This document shows positions 32,399 to 45,046 of a stretch of DNA of 64,000 bases, in pieces. A model generated the notes under the pieces. It was not told the origin of the DNA, made no database searches, and worked only from the letters and a program-made list of their open reading frames with translations. A program made the position numbers and the translations under genes. Source of the DNA: an uncultured Planctomycetota bacterium (GTDB taxonomy: Bacteria > Planctomycetota > Planctomycetia > Isosphaerales > Isosphaeraceae); contig CAWGMQ010000010.1 in the NCBI GenBank assembly GCA_963823665.1, forward strand, positions 1,632,001 through 1,696,000, given 5' to 3'. How positions within the stretch are numbered: position 1 is the first letter of the stretch; each line of letters begins with the position of its first letter.

Positions 32399-33322
32399 CT
32401 AGCGTTCGAGTCCCGGCACTCCGGCCAGAACCAGCATCGGCACGATGTAGCCGTTGACGAGCGCGGGGTGGAGGAACAGGCCGACAGGCAGGATAACCAC
32501 GGCCGCGGTCCAGATTCGCCCGAGCCAGGGTTGGCCCCGGAGCAGACGGCGGGCGGGGTGGGTGCGTTCGGCCGCCACTCCGAGGTACTGCAGCAGGAAG
32601 TAGAGGGCGGGCCTGCCGTAGCCAGCTCGGGCCATGAAGCTGAGTAACTCGTGGTAGAACCCGCTATAGAGGAACACCGCCAGCAGCGCGGCCCGCGCGC
32701 CGGCCCGGCGCGCCACGGGGTAGAAGATGACTTCGCGCAACACCCCCGAGACGAGGCGGTTCCAGCGCCGACCCCAGAAGTCGCCGAGCGAGGTCGCGGC
32801 GATGGGACAGTCCCAGAGCTTCTCGACCGCGAAGCCCATCGCCCGGAAGATCAACGTATAGAAGTCGAACCGCGCGATGAGGCTAAGGAAGCAGATGCCC
32901 ACCAAGCCGATCCAGAGCCGGACCGGAAAGGGCGTCGCGGCCGGCAGCAGGCGCGGCACGAGCCAGAGGAGGGCCGCGCCGGTGGCCACGTTCAGGAGGA
33001 GCCCGCGCACCGTGGGAACCGGGGCCCCGGGCGTGGTCTGCTGACCTTTGAGGAATTGCGCCGGCTGCATCCCCAACCAGACGCAGTAGGCCAGAAACCT
33101 CATTCGGGTGAATCGAGCCCACGACTCCGGCGGCAGGCAGAGCAGCGAGGCCGCCTTCCACGAGGCCATGAGGACAACGGGCTGTCCGATATTGAACGTC
33201 GTCGTCCCTAGCCAGGGCCGGCAGCACCAGAAGGCGGCGAGACCGCCAACCATCAGGGCCCAGGCCAGAATGTACCGGTATAACGGGGCGGGTTGCTGCG
33301 TCGATGGCATGGTCGGTCGCAC
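32399..33322 (-). CDS. MBOAT (wax-synthase-like) O-acyltransferase
   Basis: PIAATSLGDFWGRRWN and SGFYHE; multi-TM. Confidence 0.9.
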   Translation of the reverse strand: MRPTMPSTQQPAPLYRYILAWALMVGGLAAFWCCRPWLGTTTFNIGQPVVLMASWKAASLLCLPPESWARFTRMRFLAYCVWLGMQPAQFLKGQQTTPGAPVPTVRGLLLNVATGAALLWLVPRLLPAATPFPVRLWIGLVGICFLSLIARFDFYTLIFRAMGFAVEKLWDCPIAATSLGDFWGRRWNRLVSGVLREVIFYPVARRAGARAALLAVFLYSGFYHELLSFMARAGYGRPALYFLLQYLGVAAERTHPARRLLRGQPWLGRIWTAAVVILPVGLFLHPALVNGYIVPMLVLAGVPGLER

Positions 33323-33383
33323 TCGTCCTCAGGTGTCCGTCGTCTCGTTGTAGCCGAGCCGGCGGGACGAAACGAGGGGATGT

Positions 33384-33427
33384 CGCTGGGTAGGTCTGGG
33401 TGGTCAACCACCCAGACCTACCCAGCG
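33384..33427. repeat. Perfect 21-bp-stem palindrome (GTAG...CTAC, REP-like)
   Basis: CGCTGGGTAGGTCTGGGTGGT-CA-ACCACCCAGACCTACCCAGCG. Confidence 0.85.
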
Positions 33428-33662
33428 GAATTGTCCCGGTGTGGTCGCCCATGCCGTTGCCCGCCACGCTTTCGATGATCGAAGCCGTCAGCAAGGTCCG
33501 CGGTTCGAGCGGGCCACGGTCAGCCGGCTCCGCCGCGGGGGCGCTGCGCAGCGGTGGCGACTGATGCGAGCGCGAAGCCCGGCGTCGCGCGACTTCGCGC
33601 TCACGCCGTACAGGAATCGCCGGAGAGCGGTCATCGTTTGGGTCCTCGAGTGGGTCGGCATC

Positions 33663-36600
33663 TCAGTGATGCACGAACGAACGGGCAGGCCGGTGAACCA
33701 CCGCCAGGTCCGCGGGGATCGACGGCTGCAAGCGAACGGGATGCCTCGAGCCGATCGTGGCCTCACGTTCGATCACGGCGTCGACCGCGGAGGAATCGAG
33801 GGCGAGGCGGAAGTCGGCCCGGCTCATGGTTGGGGCATTCAGGGTGACGCCGCTCTTGCGGAGAACAGCCACGACATTCGTGCCGTTGTTCAGCGGACGG
33901 CCCAGCGCATCGAGCAGACTGGCGGCATTGACCGTCAGCTCCAGCGCCGGGCTCAGCACGAGCGCCTTGCGGGGCGTCAGAGTCACCGTGAGCATTGTCG
34001 CGTTGTAACTCGCCGAGGCCAGCGCCACCGGCTTGCTCTTTTGCTTCTTCGAGCTGGCCACCGTGACGAGTCTATAGACACCGAGGTTCCGCGCGTCGCT
34101 CGCATTGAGCGCCGCGCTGAATTTCAACACGATCACCTGCGACGTCTTATGCTTGCCCGTCTTGATCTTCTGAATCGAGACGTTCTGGACCGTCGCCAGC
34201 GGAACCGTGACCGTGAGCGTGCCGTCGATGTACGAGATCTTGTAATTGCGCAGACCACTGCCCGTCGCGGCGCTGGGCACGATGGGATACGTGCCCAACT
34301 TCGCCGACGCCGGCGCCCCGGTGCTGGTTCTCGGTCACGCCGGTGATCGTGTCGCCGTTGGCCGTCACCAGGCCGGTTTCGGTGAACGCCGTGCCGAGGA
34401 AGGTCTCCAGCGTGCCGTAGATCTTGCTGCCATTGTGGGCGGTAATAGTCAAGGTTGCCGGGTTGACTGTTTGACTCAGACTGCCTGAGCTGTTCGCAAA
34501 ATTCCCAGTCGGAGTATAGAAAGCAGTGATCGATTGGCTCCCTGCCGGCAACGTCGAGGCGGTAAACGTCGAGGTTGCGCTGTTCCCACTGCCGCTGAGC
34601 GAAGATCCAGACCCGAGATCGGTTGACCCGTAATAGAACGCGACGCTGCCGCTAGGCACGCCACCGCCGGTGTCGCTGACGGTGGCCGTGAATGTCACCG
34701 ACTGGCCGTAGGTCGACGGATTGAGCGAGGAGGTCACGCCCGTGGTGGTGGACACGGGTGTCGTCGTCGGGTCGAAGAACAGCCCGTTGACGATGGCATT
34801 GGTCGGGCCCGTATTCGTGACCGTGATGAGCACGTTACCCGAGATGGTCCAGATCAGGTAGTCGCCGCCCGAGAAATTCGACAGGGTCTCCGTGTCTAGC
34901 ACCGTCCCCGTGATGGCGTCGCTGAGCTGGATTGTCTCGGTACGTCTTTCGGAGTCAAAGTCTGTGGCGTAGAGTTCCAGGTTGTGGGAATTCCCGTCGG
35001 TCACATCGACATCGACCGTGAAGCTGGAGGCGGAGTACCAGTCCGCGGCGATGTGGTTGTTGCTTGAGTTTGGCACGTTTTCCAGAGCGCGGGGATCGCT
35101 GGAGTTGGTCGAGTAGACGTAGGTTGACTGTCCGGCCGGCGTGATGGTGGCGTAGGTGGGTGCGCTGACCGGGCCGTCGATGATGTCGTAGCCCTGGGTG
35201 CCGTAGACACCGACCCAGTTGCCCTGGGTCGAGGTGTCCGTGCCGTTGAAGATTGCGCTCGATGAGCAGCAGACCGTCCCGCTCAGGTCCACGCGCAGCC
35301 CTGTGTAGGTATCGCCGTCGTTGTGGACGATGAAATCGAGCGTGTTCGTGCCGGACTTAAAACTGACGCCACTACCGCTGCCAGTACTCTGGTCGGTGAT
35401 CGTGAAGTAGTGCAGCGTGTCAAATGACGCGGCAGTCGTGGTGCTAATCGTCGCTCCGGGACTCATGACCTGCTCGCCGTTGAGCCAGATCGTGCCTTCG
35501 TTATCGGCCGCCCAATTCCCCGTGAGCACCGCCGTTTGTGGGTTACAATTACAATCCGTGGGCATAACGAACGTGGTTTCGTAATCGTAATAGCCACCGG
35601 GGCTGCCCATGTCATACCCGGACGGATCGGGCGAGATCCACTCCGAACTCGGGCCGTCGGCGACGTACGGGGGGAAGAGGCCCGAGCTGCTGTTGATTAC
35701 ATAGGTGGGTGCGGGGAGAGGCAGGGTGGCGGGTGTGTCGCCGTTTACGGGGGTAACCAGCGTGTAGTGCGGGTCACTGGGCATGGGCGAGACCGGATTC
35801 GTGGACAACAACGCTCCGGAGGTGTTCAGGCCGGTGCCGAACACCGGCAGGGGGACCGGGTCCGCGCAGCAGGCCGTCCCGCTCAGGTCCACGCGCAGCC
35901 CTGTGGGGCTTTCAATGTTTGAGTTGGGGAGGTCGTCGTTGTGGACGATGAAATCGAGATAGTTCGTACCGGTCTGAAAACTGACGCCACTACCGCCGCC
36001 AGTACTCTGGTCGGTGATTACGAAGGGCTGCAGCGTCTGAAATGATGTGCGATCAGTGGTGGTAATCGTCCCTCCGGAACTACTGCTAACCGGCTTGCCG
36101 TTGACCAAGATATAGCCTTCGTTATCGACTGCCCAATCCCCCTTGAGCACGACCGATTCTGGGCTAAGACCCGGGGCCAGGACGAACGTGGTTCGGTAAT
36201 CGTAATAGCCACTGGGCTCGTCTGCGGAATACCCGGTCGAATCGGGCGAGATCCACTCCGATGTCGTGCTGTTGCCGTCGTACAACGCTGGGGAGTTAAA
36301 GATGGTGTCGCTCTTGTTGAGCACATGGGCGGGGGGAGATGGGTACGGGGCGGCGACGTTTGGGGCGGTGAACGTAGGGATGAGGCCGGGCAAAGAACCG
36401 AAGGTGACTGGGGCGGTTGGATTGGGGGTTAGCGGTTGCAGCGTGTAGTGCGGGTCGATGGGCATGGTCGAGACCGGGTTCGTCGACAACAACGCTCCGG
36501 TGGTGCCCACTCCGGTACCGAACACCGGCAGGGGGAGCGGTGCGTTACAGTACAGTTCGTTGCTGACTGACGTGAACTGAATGTTGAAAGTCGAGGTAGT

Positions 36601-37285
36601 GACCCCGATCGCTGTGTCGATTTGAGACGTGAGGTCTAGGTAGGTCCCGGCGGGGGCGGGTTCTATCCCGGGGGCGGGGGGTTCCGTGACATCAATAGAT
36701 GGGATCGGGCTCCCATTCACCGCGCCAGGGCCAAGGGGGTTGAACGGTATAGTCCCCGGTCCGAGGGTGTCTGACAAGAATAGCCAGCCCGCGGTCACGT
36801 TGTCTAGGGATGCCGTCAACGTGATGCTCAGTGTGTCGTTGAGACCATTAGCGCTTCCCTGAACGATTGAAACACCCGGTTCATAGATATTAAAATTGAC
36901 GACATATACACCCACGGGGACGTTTGGGGTGCTTGTCGAGCCCGGGGCGTTCGAATAGGTAGTTTGCCCATCAACCTCCCCAAAATTCGGCGGGGTTCTC
37001 ATTGGTAATTGTTACAATTGAATCATTTAAAGATGAACTGATCGGAGCTGGATTGTTTGGTGGGTAAACATATGGTCCTTCTCCTGGTAGGTTATCGCCT
37101 AATGACGCCAAGATCGCACCACTCGGGTTCGAAGCATCAATTGCAACGTAAACCGCTACCGGTAACTGGGCGAGCAGGCAGCGATTCTCCAGCTCCAAGA
37201 TCTGGGGGCGGGTGGCGTTGCGTCCTCCATTGGGGCGGCGGTGGTGTTTGGAGGGTTTGAACTCACCTGCCAAGGTCAAGTTCAT
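33663..37285 (-). CDS. Large extracellular protein (two repeated beta-sandwich domains, Ig-like and MBG-like domains); two frameshifts
   Basis: LELENRCLL motif; ORFs 36971..37315, 34147..37002 and 33663..34298 abut; duplicated DPHYTL...SEWISPD...GYYDY.TTF...W..DNEG. Confidence 0.8.
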
Positions 37286-37459
37286 CTCCCTCTCTGGCTT
37301 CGTCGCGGTCAACATGGCTGAATCCTCCGGGTTGGTTCTCGATCATTGCGCGATGGTCGCTCGGGATCGGTGGAGAATCGGCGGTTGGCTCGCCGAGAAC
37401 CACCGGGTCCGGCCCACCGGCCACCCGGTGATCATGCCTGCGTTCCTCGCTTACAGAGG

Positions 37460-37507
37460 AACTCGCTGGCGCGGCGAATAACCCCGCAACCACGCGCGGA
37501 TTTTTTT
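37460..37507 (-). promoter_or_regulatory. Shared 32-bp motif, copy A (putative ECF promoter)
   Basis: AACTCGCTGGCGCGGCGAATAACCCCGCAACC-N9-T7 on the plus strand. Confidence 0.6.
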
Positions 37508-37731
37508 CCGAATTGGGTCTGCTCCGCTGGCAGGCTCGGTGCGAGAGTGGTCTCGTGTTGGCAGGGAGCAGCCTGCCGGGATGTCGATCGGGTCGGCATT
37601 CTGCCACGCACGGATCGACTCGCCAGATTAGAGTATTTGCGTGAGAAAATTATGTTTGCATTCCGGTATCCGCCACCCCATCATGAATGCGTCAAACCCT
37701 TCGTTCCTCGCGGTCGAAGGAAGCCGCGCCG

Positions 37732-37845
37732 ATGGACCTGGAAGGTTCGGTCACGCACTGGATCTCTCAGCTCAAGCAGGGCGACCGCGCCGCCGCGGAG
37801 GCCCTCTGGCGGGCCTATTTCCACCGCCGGGAGGGGAATTCATGA
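37732..37845 (+). pseudogene. In-frame internally deleted ECF sigma (37-aa mini-ORF)
   Basis: MDLEGSVTHWISQLKQGDRAAAEALWRAYFHR-REGNS* corresponds to the N- and C-termini of the 48926 sigma. Confidence 0.85.
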
Positions 37846-40800
37846 GCGGTGCGACCCCGACCGAGGAAGGGGACGGTTCGGCGTCGCTGGGCGGACGCTT
37901 GGAAGAGATATGCGACCGCTTCGAGGCCGCCTGGAAGGCAGGAGAGCGGCCGACGATCGAGGATTACCTCGGTGAATTACCTGAGGCCGATCAGACGGCG
38001 CTGTTTCGCGAACTGCTGGTGCTGGAGCTGACCTACCGCCGCCGGCTTGGCGAACGGCCGACGCAGGAGGGATATCAGTGCCGGTTTCCTGAGCAGGTCG
38101 CCGTGATCAATGCTGTCTTCGGAGCGGAGCCCCCTCTTCGGGCCGCCCGGCCCCGGGCCGGCGCGGACCACAACCTGCTGTTCGGCCTGCTCGCCCTGCA
38201 GAATAACTTCATCGATCGCGACACGCTCGTGGCCGCCTTCGCCGCTTGGGTCACCGACAAGCCCCGGGACCTGGGGCGGATCCTGCTCGAGCGCGGCGCC
38301 GTCGACGCCGACACCCACGCCCTGCTCGAGGCCCTGGCCCGCAAGCATCTGCAGGTGCACCGCGGCGATCTTGAAGAGAGTCTGGCTGCGCTTAGCTCGC
38401 TCGGATCGGTCCGCGCGGATCTGGAAGGGGTCGCCGACCCCGAGCTGCAAACTTGTCTCACCCGCGTCCCCACGACCAACAACCGGGCGGGCCAGGACAC
38501 CTCGGCCCCGCGGGCCGAGACGGCCGGTACCGCGGGTACACGGTTCCGCATCCTGCGGCTGCACAGGACCGGCGGCCTGGGCGCCGTCTACGTCGCCCGC
38601 GACGAAGAGCTGCACCGCGAGGTGGCCCTGAAGGAAATCCGCGAACGACTCGCCCACGACCCGGACAGCCGGTCCCGGTTCGTGCAGGAAGCCGAGATCA
38701 CCGGCCGGCTGGAGCATCCCGGGATCATCCCGGTCTACGGCCTGGGTACCTACGCCGACGGCCGGCCGTTCTACGCCATGCGGTTCATCAAGGGGGACAA
38801 CCTCAAGGACGCCATCGCGCGGTTCCACGAGGCGGACGTCCCGGGCGCGACCCGGGCGGGCGGGCCCTGGCGCTGCGCGAGCTGCTCGGCCGGTTCGTCG
38901 ACGTCTGCAACGCGATGGCCTACGCACACAGCCGAGGCATCCTGCACCGCGACCTCAAGCCGAACAACATCCTGTTGGGCCCGTACGGCGAGACCCTGGT
39001 GGTCGATTGGGGGCTGGCCAAGCCGGTTGGTCGGCCCAAAGAGGGGTCGCGCACCGAGGAGGTGACGCTCCGGCCCGATTCGGCTGGTTCGAGCAAGACA
39101 ACGCTCCCGGGCGACACGCCTGGCACCCCGGCTTACATGAGCCCGGAGCAGGCCGCCGGCGACATCGACCGGCTCGGGCTGTCGTCCGACGTGTACAGCC
39201 TGGGGGCGACCCTCTACTGCCTGCTGACCGGCCGGGCGCCGGTCGAGGACGGGGACATCGAAGCGGTCCTGGATAAGGTCCGACGCGGTGAGTTCCCGCC
39301 GCCGAGGGCGGTGAACCGGGCGATCGACCCGGCAATGGAGGCGATCTGCCTGAAAGCGATGGCGTTGGTCCCCGAAGGCCGCTACAGGTCCCCCATCGCC
39401 CTGGCCGACGACATCGAGCATTGGCTGGCCGGTGAGCCCGTGTCGGCTTACCCCGAGAATCGGACCGAGCGAGTGACGCGCTGGATGGGCCGGCATCGCA
39501 GCGCGGTCCGGGCGGCGCTGGTGACCTCGCTGATCGTGTCCGTCGTTGCGATTTCGTTCGCCTTTTTCCTGGAACAGGCGCGACGCCAGGAGCACAAAGC
39601 CCGGAAGAATGAGCAGCTCGCCCTGGTCCAGGTCCAGAAGGCACGCACCACGGAAGCACTCGCGTTAACCGATGCCCAGCGCCAGCGCGATCTCGCGGAA
39701 GAGAGCTACCGGGTGGCCCGCGAGGCCATGGACGAGCTCGACGAAATCGCTAATACCCCCACTTCGGGCGAAGAAGATTCCCGGAAGCGACTCGCAATGA
39801 TCAAGGCCGTATTGACTGAACGCACCGCGCTCCTTCCTGATCCCATCGCCAATCTGAATCTCGACTTCGAGGCTAAAGATCCACCGCCCAAGAAGCTGTC
39901 CGCGAAGCCGAACGGGTGGGATATCGACGGTGACGGCTACGACATACACCTAGACCCGACGGCCGCGCGGTCGGGCCGGCAATCCCTTCGCATCCGGTTC
40001 AAGCAGGGATCGATGGGTCGGATCGGCCAGGCCTCGCGGGAGATTTCCGTGGCCACGGCGGCGGGGAAGCAGGTCCGCGTCAGCGGGTATATCAAGACCG
40101 AGGGGATCTCCACCGGGTATGCGGGGCTCTGGTGCCGCGTTGATAGCAGAGAGGGTACGATCGCCCTGCACACAATGGGCGAACGGTACGATCACGTCGA
40201 CCCCAAAACCGGCGTCCCTATCTGGAACGACAACTTGAAGGGTCGCGGTGTCCGCGGCACGACCCCGTGGGCCCGATTCCAGATCGAGCTCCGGTTAGCC
40301 TCAGGCGCGACACGACTCGTCTTCGGCGGCCTGCTGACCGGCGACGGCACCGCGTGGTTCGACGATCTGGCGATCGAGGTCGACGGCAGGCCGCTGGCGT
40401 CGGCAGTCGCCGCGCTCCCCATGCCCCGACCTTCCGCCGACCTGAACCTCGGATTCGAGGTCGATGAACCGAAATTGGAGACGCCGAAGGGATGGAGAGT
40501 GAGCGGGAGGGGCAGCAGCCCGTCAGTGGGAGGGGGAAAGGGCTACGAGTCCGAACTGGATGCGACGACCGCGAGATCGGGCCGGCAGAGTTTGCGAGTA
40601 CGTTCCACCGGGGAACGAGGAGAAGGCCAATTCGGCGTCTTCGGTCAGCGCATCCCGGCCTCCGTGGCTGCCGGAAAGCGTGTTCGCGTTAGTGGCCACA
40701 TCAAGACCGATGGAATCACGGAAGGGTACGCGGGCCTGTTCTGCAGGATCGACGGGCAATACGATACGACGCTCGCGGGCGACAACATGGCGGTCCGTTG

Positions 40801-41527
40801 GGAGTACGGTGGAGTCCAAAAAAGAGACGATCGCGGAGTCCGCGGCACAACGGCGTGGAAACATTACCAGATTGCGCTTGACGTCCCCGCCAGAGCGACG
40901 ATCATCACCTTCGGCGGCCTGCTGACCGGCGACGGCACCGCGTGGTTCGACGATCTGGCGATCGAGGTCGACGGCAGGCCGCTGGCGCGGTCACTCGCGT
41001 ACGAGCCCACAAGAGAGCAGGTCGTCTCGGGCTTGACCAAGGAATATCATCCTTGGAATTTCTCCGTGGACCAGCCAGCTCACTGGACGACGTTGAATAC
41101 CCGCGACGTGTCCGTCGAGGGGAAGGCACTTTTCGCCTGGCGTACGCAACCACAGAATGAAGTGGTCATTTTCATTCTGAAAGAAACCCAAGCGCACAAC
41201 CCACGCATCCTGCTCAACCAATTCGCTCTGGCTGTAAGACAAGCGTATAAAGCTGAGGTCAAAGCCGCCGAGGTCAAGGCGGTCGCCGGCATGCGGGCGA
41301 TGTGGTTGGTATTCACAAGCAAGGGGACCGGACGGATGGTTGACGGAGTCGGAGACATCCCGACGACCCAGCACCGGGTCGAAATCCCGCGCGAGAAGGA
41401 CAGATTGGTACTGATGCTTACGTCGCCAACGGATCGCTATCCGGCCGCCTTGAAGGAATTCGAGGCGATGCTCAAAACACTCAAAGTCGAGGGCACGCAG
41501 ACCAAGGAGCAGGCCGAGGCCCAATAA
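37842..41527 (+). CDS. Ser/Thr kinase with TM and two CBM-like/galactose-binding-fold domains; frameshift near 38845
   Basis: GGLGAVY, VALKE, HRDLKPNN, DWGLAK and GTPAYMSPEQ; repeat RVSG.IKT..AGL.CR.D..GVRGTT.W..WFDDL. Confidence 0.85.
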
Positions 41528-41568
41528 TCCGCTTGGCCGGGAATTCCCCCGGTCTCCTTGACCAATTC

Positions 41569-42578
41569 CTAGGCAATGTCGCGGATGGCCGGGTCGTCGC
41601 TCTGGACGCACGCGGTGCTCCGCCTCCAGGGCGCCGCTTCCTGGGGTGCTTCGGGCCGGGCCGTTCGAGGAAGTGGGGCGTCCTTGCGCCGACCGACCAG
41701 GACCAGCGCCTCCAACCGGACCAGCGCCCCCTCCGGCGTCGGCGCCACGGTGACCTCTCAGAGCCAGTTGCGTTCATCGGGACGCCGCACCCGGCGGTAG
41801 CTCTTCAGGGCCCCGGGTGGTTCGACCTTGAGGTCGAAGGTCAGGGGGACCTGGTCGCAATAGGTGCCGGGGATGGGGAAGTTCAGGACTCCGACGTCAT
41901 CGCGGTTGCGGGTGGCGACGACAGCCTGGGCGCTGGCGTGGATGACGCCCAGCCCGTCGAGCGGGGGGGCGGGCCGCGCGGGGGCCGGCCGCAGCAAACG
42001 CGCGAGGAGACCGCCTGGCGGCTTGGGAAGCCCCGGACCAGCCTTCTTCGGGCCGCCGACTCGGAGATGGGCGTCGGAGACCGAGATGGGCTGGGCGGTC
42101 GCGTTGATGACCCAGGCCGTCAACGTCGCCGTGCCCGGGGGGACAACATAGTCCCGGGTCAATTTGGTCCATTTCCCGGCGACCAGGTCGAACGGAGTGC
42201 TCGACTGAAAGGTGAGATCGCGATCCTTGTCGTAGCCGATCACATTGACAGACGCCTTCTGCCCGTCGGTGTGCCCGCGGACCTGGCAGTCGAAGCGGAG
42301 TTCGCTGTCCGCGGGCACCGGGCTGATGGCGACACCCACGTGCGACCACGACTGCGGCCCCGGCTCGACACCGTCGAGCCGCACAGAGGCGCTGTCGCCA
42401 TGACGAAGCTCCGGCTCGGGGACGGCACCTCGGAGGTACCACCCCTCGGCCCGGTGCTCGAAGGTGGGGTTCTTGAAGAGCTCGGAACCCTGGGGATCTC
42501 ACGAGCCCCCAAAGTCCGGCACAGCCCCAGAAGCGTCAAGACGACCAGGGCCGATGCGAGGTAAAGCAAGCATCTCAC
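41569..42578 (-). pseudogene. Secreted CBM-like/transglutaminase-like protein; disrupted and truncated
   Basis: Signal peptide, frameshift near 42490, TGA at 41758, ends after VQSDDPAIR. Confidence 0.55.
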
Positions 42579-42783
42579 AGGGATCTCCTTTCTCGAACTA
42601 ACGGTGGCGGGCATACCCGAGGTCAGACTTGGTTTTTGGGCTATGCTAGAGCGAAAAACCAAGACCAAGTCTGACCCCACGAGCTTTACGAGGACTTTGC
42701 GCCTCGGCCGCCGTCGGCTTCCACGGCCAGCCCGACACCAAGGCGGTGCGGTTCCCGCGCGACAGTGGTGCGACCAAGCCTTA

Positions 42784-43968
42784 CTAAGTGATAACGACCG
42801 GGCACACAAAGGGGCCATTCTCGATGTAGAAGCCTGTTTTACCGTAGGCGATGCCTGCCGTGCCGCCGCCGCCGCCCAGATTGTTGCCGCCGGGGCTGAA
42901 GTAGAGCTCATCTCCACTGAAAAGCGTGAGCATGCCACCCTCGTAAGCGACCAACTCCACCACCTTCTGGGACCCACTGTAGGCGTTGACGGTTCTGCCG
43001 CCGCCGCCGACGTTGAGGCCGGTGGGGCTGAAGTAGACGCTGCCGGTGCTGAACTCCGTGTCCACGCCGTCCCAGACGGCGAACAACTGCACCGCTCGCC
43101 CAGTCCCAGTGTAGGCGTTGACCGTACTGCCGCCGCCGCCGACGTTGAGGCCGGTGGGGCTGAAGTAGACCGAGCCGGAGGCGAACAGCGTTTCCACGCC
43201 CACCGTGCCCTCTAAGCCCCCGATCATGTTGTTGACGGCAACGATCTGCACCGCTCGCCCAGGCCCATTGTAGGCGTTGACCGTACCGGGGCCGCCACCT
43301 ACATTATTGCCGGTGGTGCTGAAGTAGACACTACCCGAGGCGAACAGCGTGTCCACGCCGCCGTTGACGGCAACCAACTGCATCGGTTCATCAGACCCAA
43401 TGTAGGCCTTGACCGTGCCGCCGCCGCCGCCCAGATAGTTGCCGGTGGGGCTGTGGTAGACGTAGTTGAAGACTCCGGAGTCGAACAGCGTGTCCACACC
43501 GCCGCTCCCGTTCTCGCCAACCGGGACTATCTCCACCACGCGTTCCTTGCCGGTGTAGGCCTGGACGGTACTGCCGGAGTACGTATTGCTGCCCGGCACG
43601 ATGCCGCCGTTCCAGCTGCCGGGGGGGCTGTACCAGACGGTTCCGTCCTGAAAGAGCGTATCCAGACCGCCGTCAGCCGGCACAATCTCCACCACCCGGC
43701 CATGCTGCTGGTTCGACGGGGTGTGGATAGAGAGGAAGTTGTAGTAGACATCCCCGTCGTTGCTGAGCTCGTACGCGCCAACGCTGACCTTCGCCGTCTG
43801 CACCACCTGAAACGGTCCGTTGAAATTGGGAACTGGTATCGCAGACAGCAGCATGCGGCCCTCCATGGTTTCGACCTGAGGTCGCTGCTGCCGCCTGGTA
43901 TGTTGCCGGGTCCGCTGGCTGCGAGGCGAAAGCCGACCGAAAAGGTCATGAAGTCGTAAGAAACGCAT
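42784..43968 (-). CDS. Secreted protein with about 6 Gly-rich ~48-aa repeats (probable beta-propeller)
   Basis: ETMEGRMLLS motif; repeat GVDTLF.SGSVYFSPTG.N.GGGG.TV.AY.G..R.V..VAV. Confidence 0.8.
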   Translation of the reverse strand: MRFLRLHDLFGRLSPRSQRTRQHTRRQQRPQVETMEGRMLLSAIPVPNFNGPFQVVQTAKVSVGAYELSNDGDVYYNFLSIHTPSNQQHGRVVEIVPADGGLDTLFQDGTVWYSPPGSWNGGIVPGSNTYSGSTVQAYTGKERVVEIVPVGENGSGGVDTLFDSGVFNYVYHSPTGNYLGGGGGTVKAYIGSDEPMQLVAVNGGVDTLFASGSVYFSTTGNNVGGGPGTVNAYNGPGRAVQIVAVNNMIGGLEGTVGVETLFASGSVYFSPTGLNVGGGGSTVNAYTGTGRAVQLFAVWDGVDTEFSTGSVYFSPTGLNVGGGGRTVNAYSGSQKVVELVAYEGGMLTLFSGDELYFSPGGNNLGGGGGTAGIAYGKTGFYIENGPFVCPVVIT

Positions 43969-44447
43969 GGTCGTACTTCTTTCTTTGGTTGAGGTCTGCG
44001 GATGTGAATCGTCTCATGCCGGCCAGGACACAACTTGTGGCCTGGCCACTCAGGACCGCGGGGAGTCACCGCCCGACGGACGGGCGCACCCCGAACGGGG
44101 GCGCCCGATCACGACACGCCTTCCGGTTCCGCCGACCCGGCGGAAGCCCCTTCGACCCAACGCGAGCGAAACCTCCACATCAGGGCCGGGAGCCCGACCC
44201 CGTCCGGGTCAAGCGCCAGCGGCCGGCCATTTGATGTCAGGTGCGGGGTTGCGCGGAGCTTGAACGCCGCCGCCGAGCCCCAGGAACCGGGCGAACCGCC
44301 GCTGGCGCTGGCGGGCGTACCAAGATTGCCGAGCCCGATCCATCGTCCGCCTCGCCCGTGTCGCGTCCATGGTAGGTGCCCTCTCCGAGCGGGACGCCGG
44401 ACCACCGGCCACCCGGCGATCGTTCCTGCATCCCACGCTCACAAAGG

Positions 44448-44495
44448 AACTCGCTGGCGCGGCGAATAACCCCGCAACCCGCTCCCGATTTTTTT
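44448..44495 (-). promoter_or_regulatory. Shared 32-bp motif, copy B
   Basis: Identical 32-mer plus T-tract. Confidence 0.6.
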
Positions 44496-45046
44496 CGAGG
44501 ATGCCAAAGCTAGCTGGAAACGCCTGGAGCGCTGTGAAATTTTGAGTTGTAACCGCCTTGCGCACCCGCCTGACCGCGATGGGACTGGGCTGGGACGAAG
44601 ATGAGAGGCCCGTCCCGGAAGGGCCGAGGACCTCGCGCTCCGGGGGCCGGGAGGCCCGCTCCGCCGCCTCCGGTTCAATCCCGACGGCACCAAGCTGGCC
44701 CTCCTGTTCCGCAACGACGGGCCGTCCGGATATGGGCCCTCGCCTCCTTGCGCATCCGACTGGCGGCGATGCGCCTGGATTGGGACGAAGATGAAAGGCC
44801 CGTCCCGGATGGGCGTCAGGCGTGATGGACGCTGATCGTAATTACCTTCGCAACCACGATCCGCACAAATCCTCACAGCCGATTCGGTCCAGCGACCGCC
44901 GATCGCGGTTCCCGGAAGATTAGGGATCAACTACGGAATCCACCGAATTACACCGACAAAGAGAATCTGGATGAACTCCCCTTTTTCCGTGTCCGTCGGC
45001 TTTTTCCGTGGTTACCCATTTGTGATGATCTTTCTTGCCGAAGTAA

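Noticed and set aside
38830..38870. Programmed frameshifting in the kinases
   Set aside because: No slippery heptamer with a stimulatory structure; frameshifts are scattered across unrelated genes.
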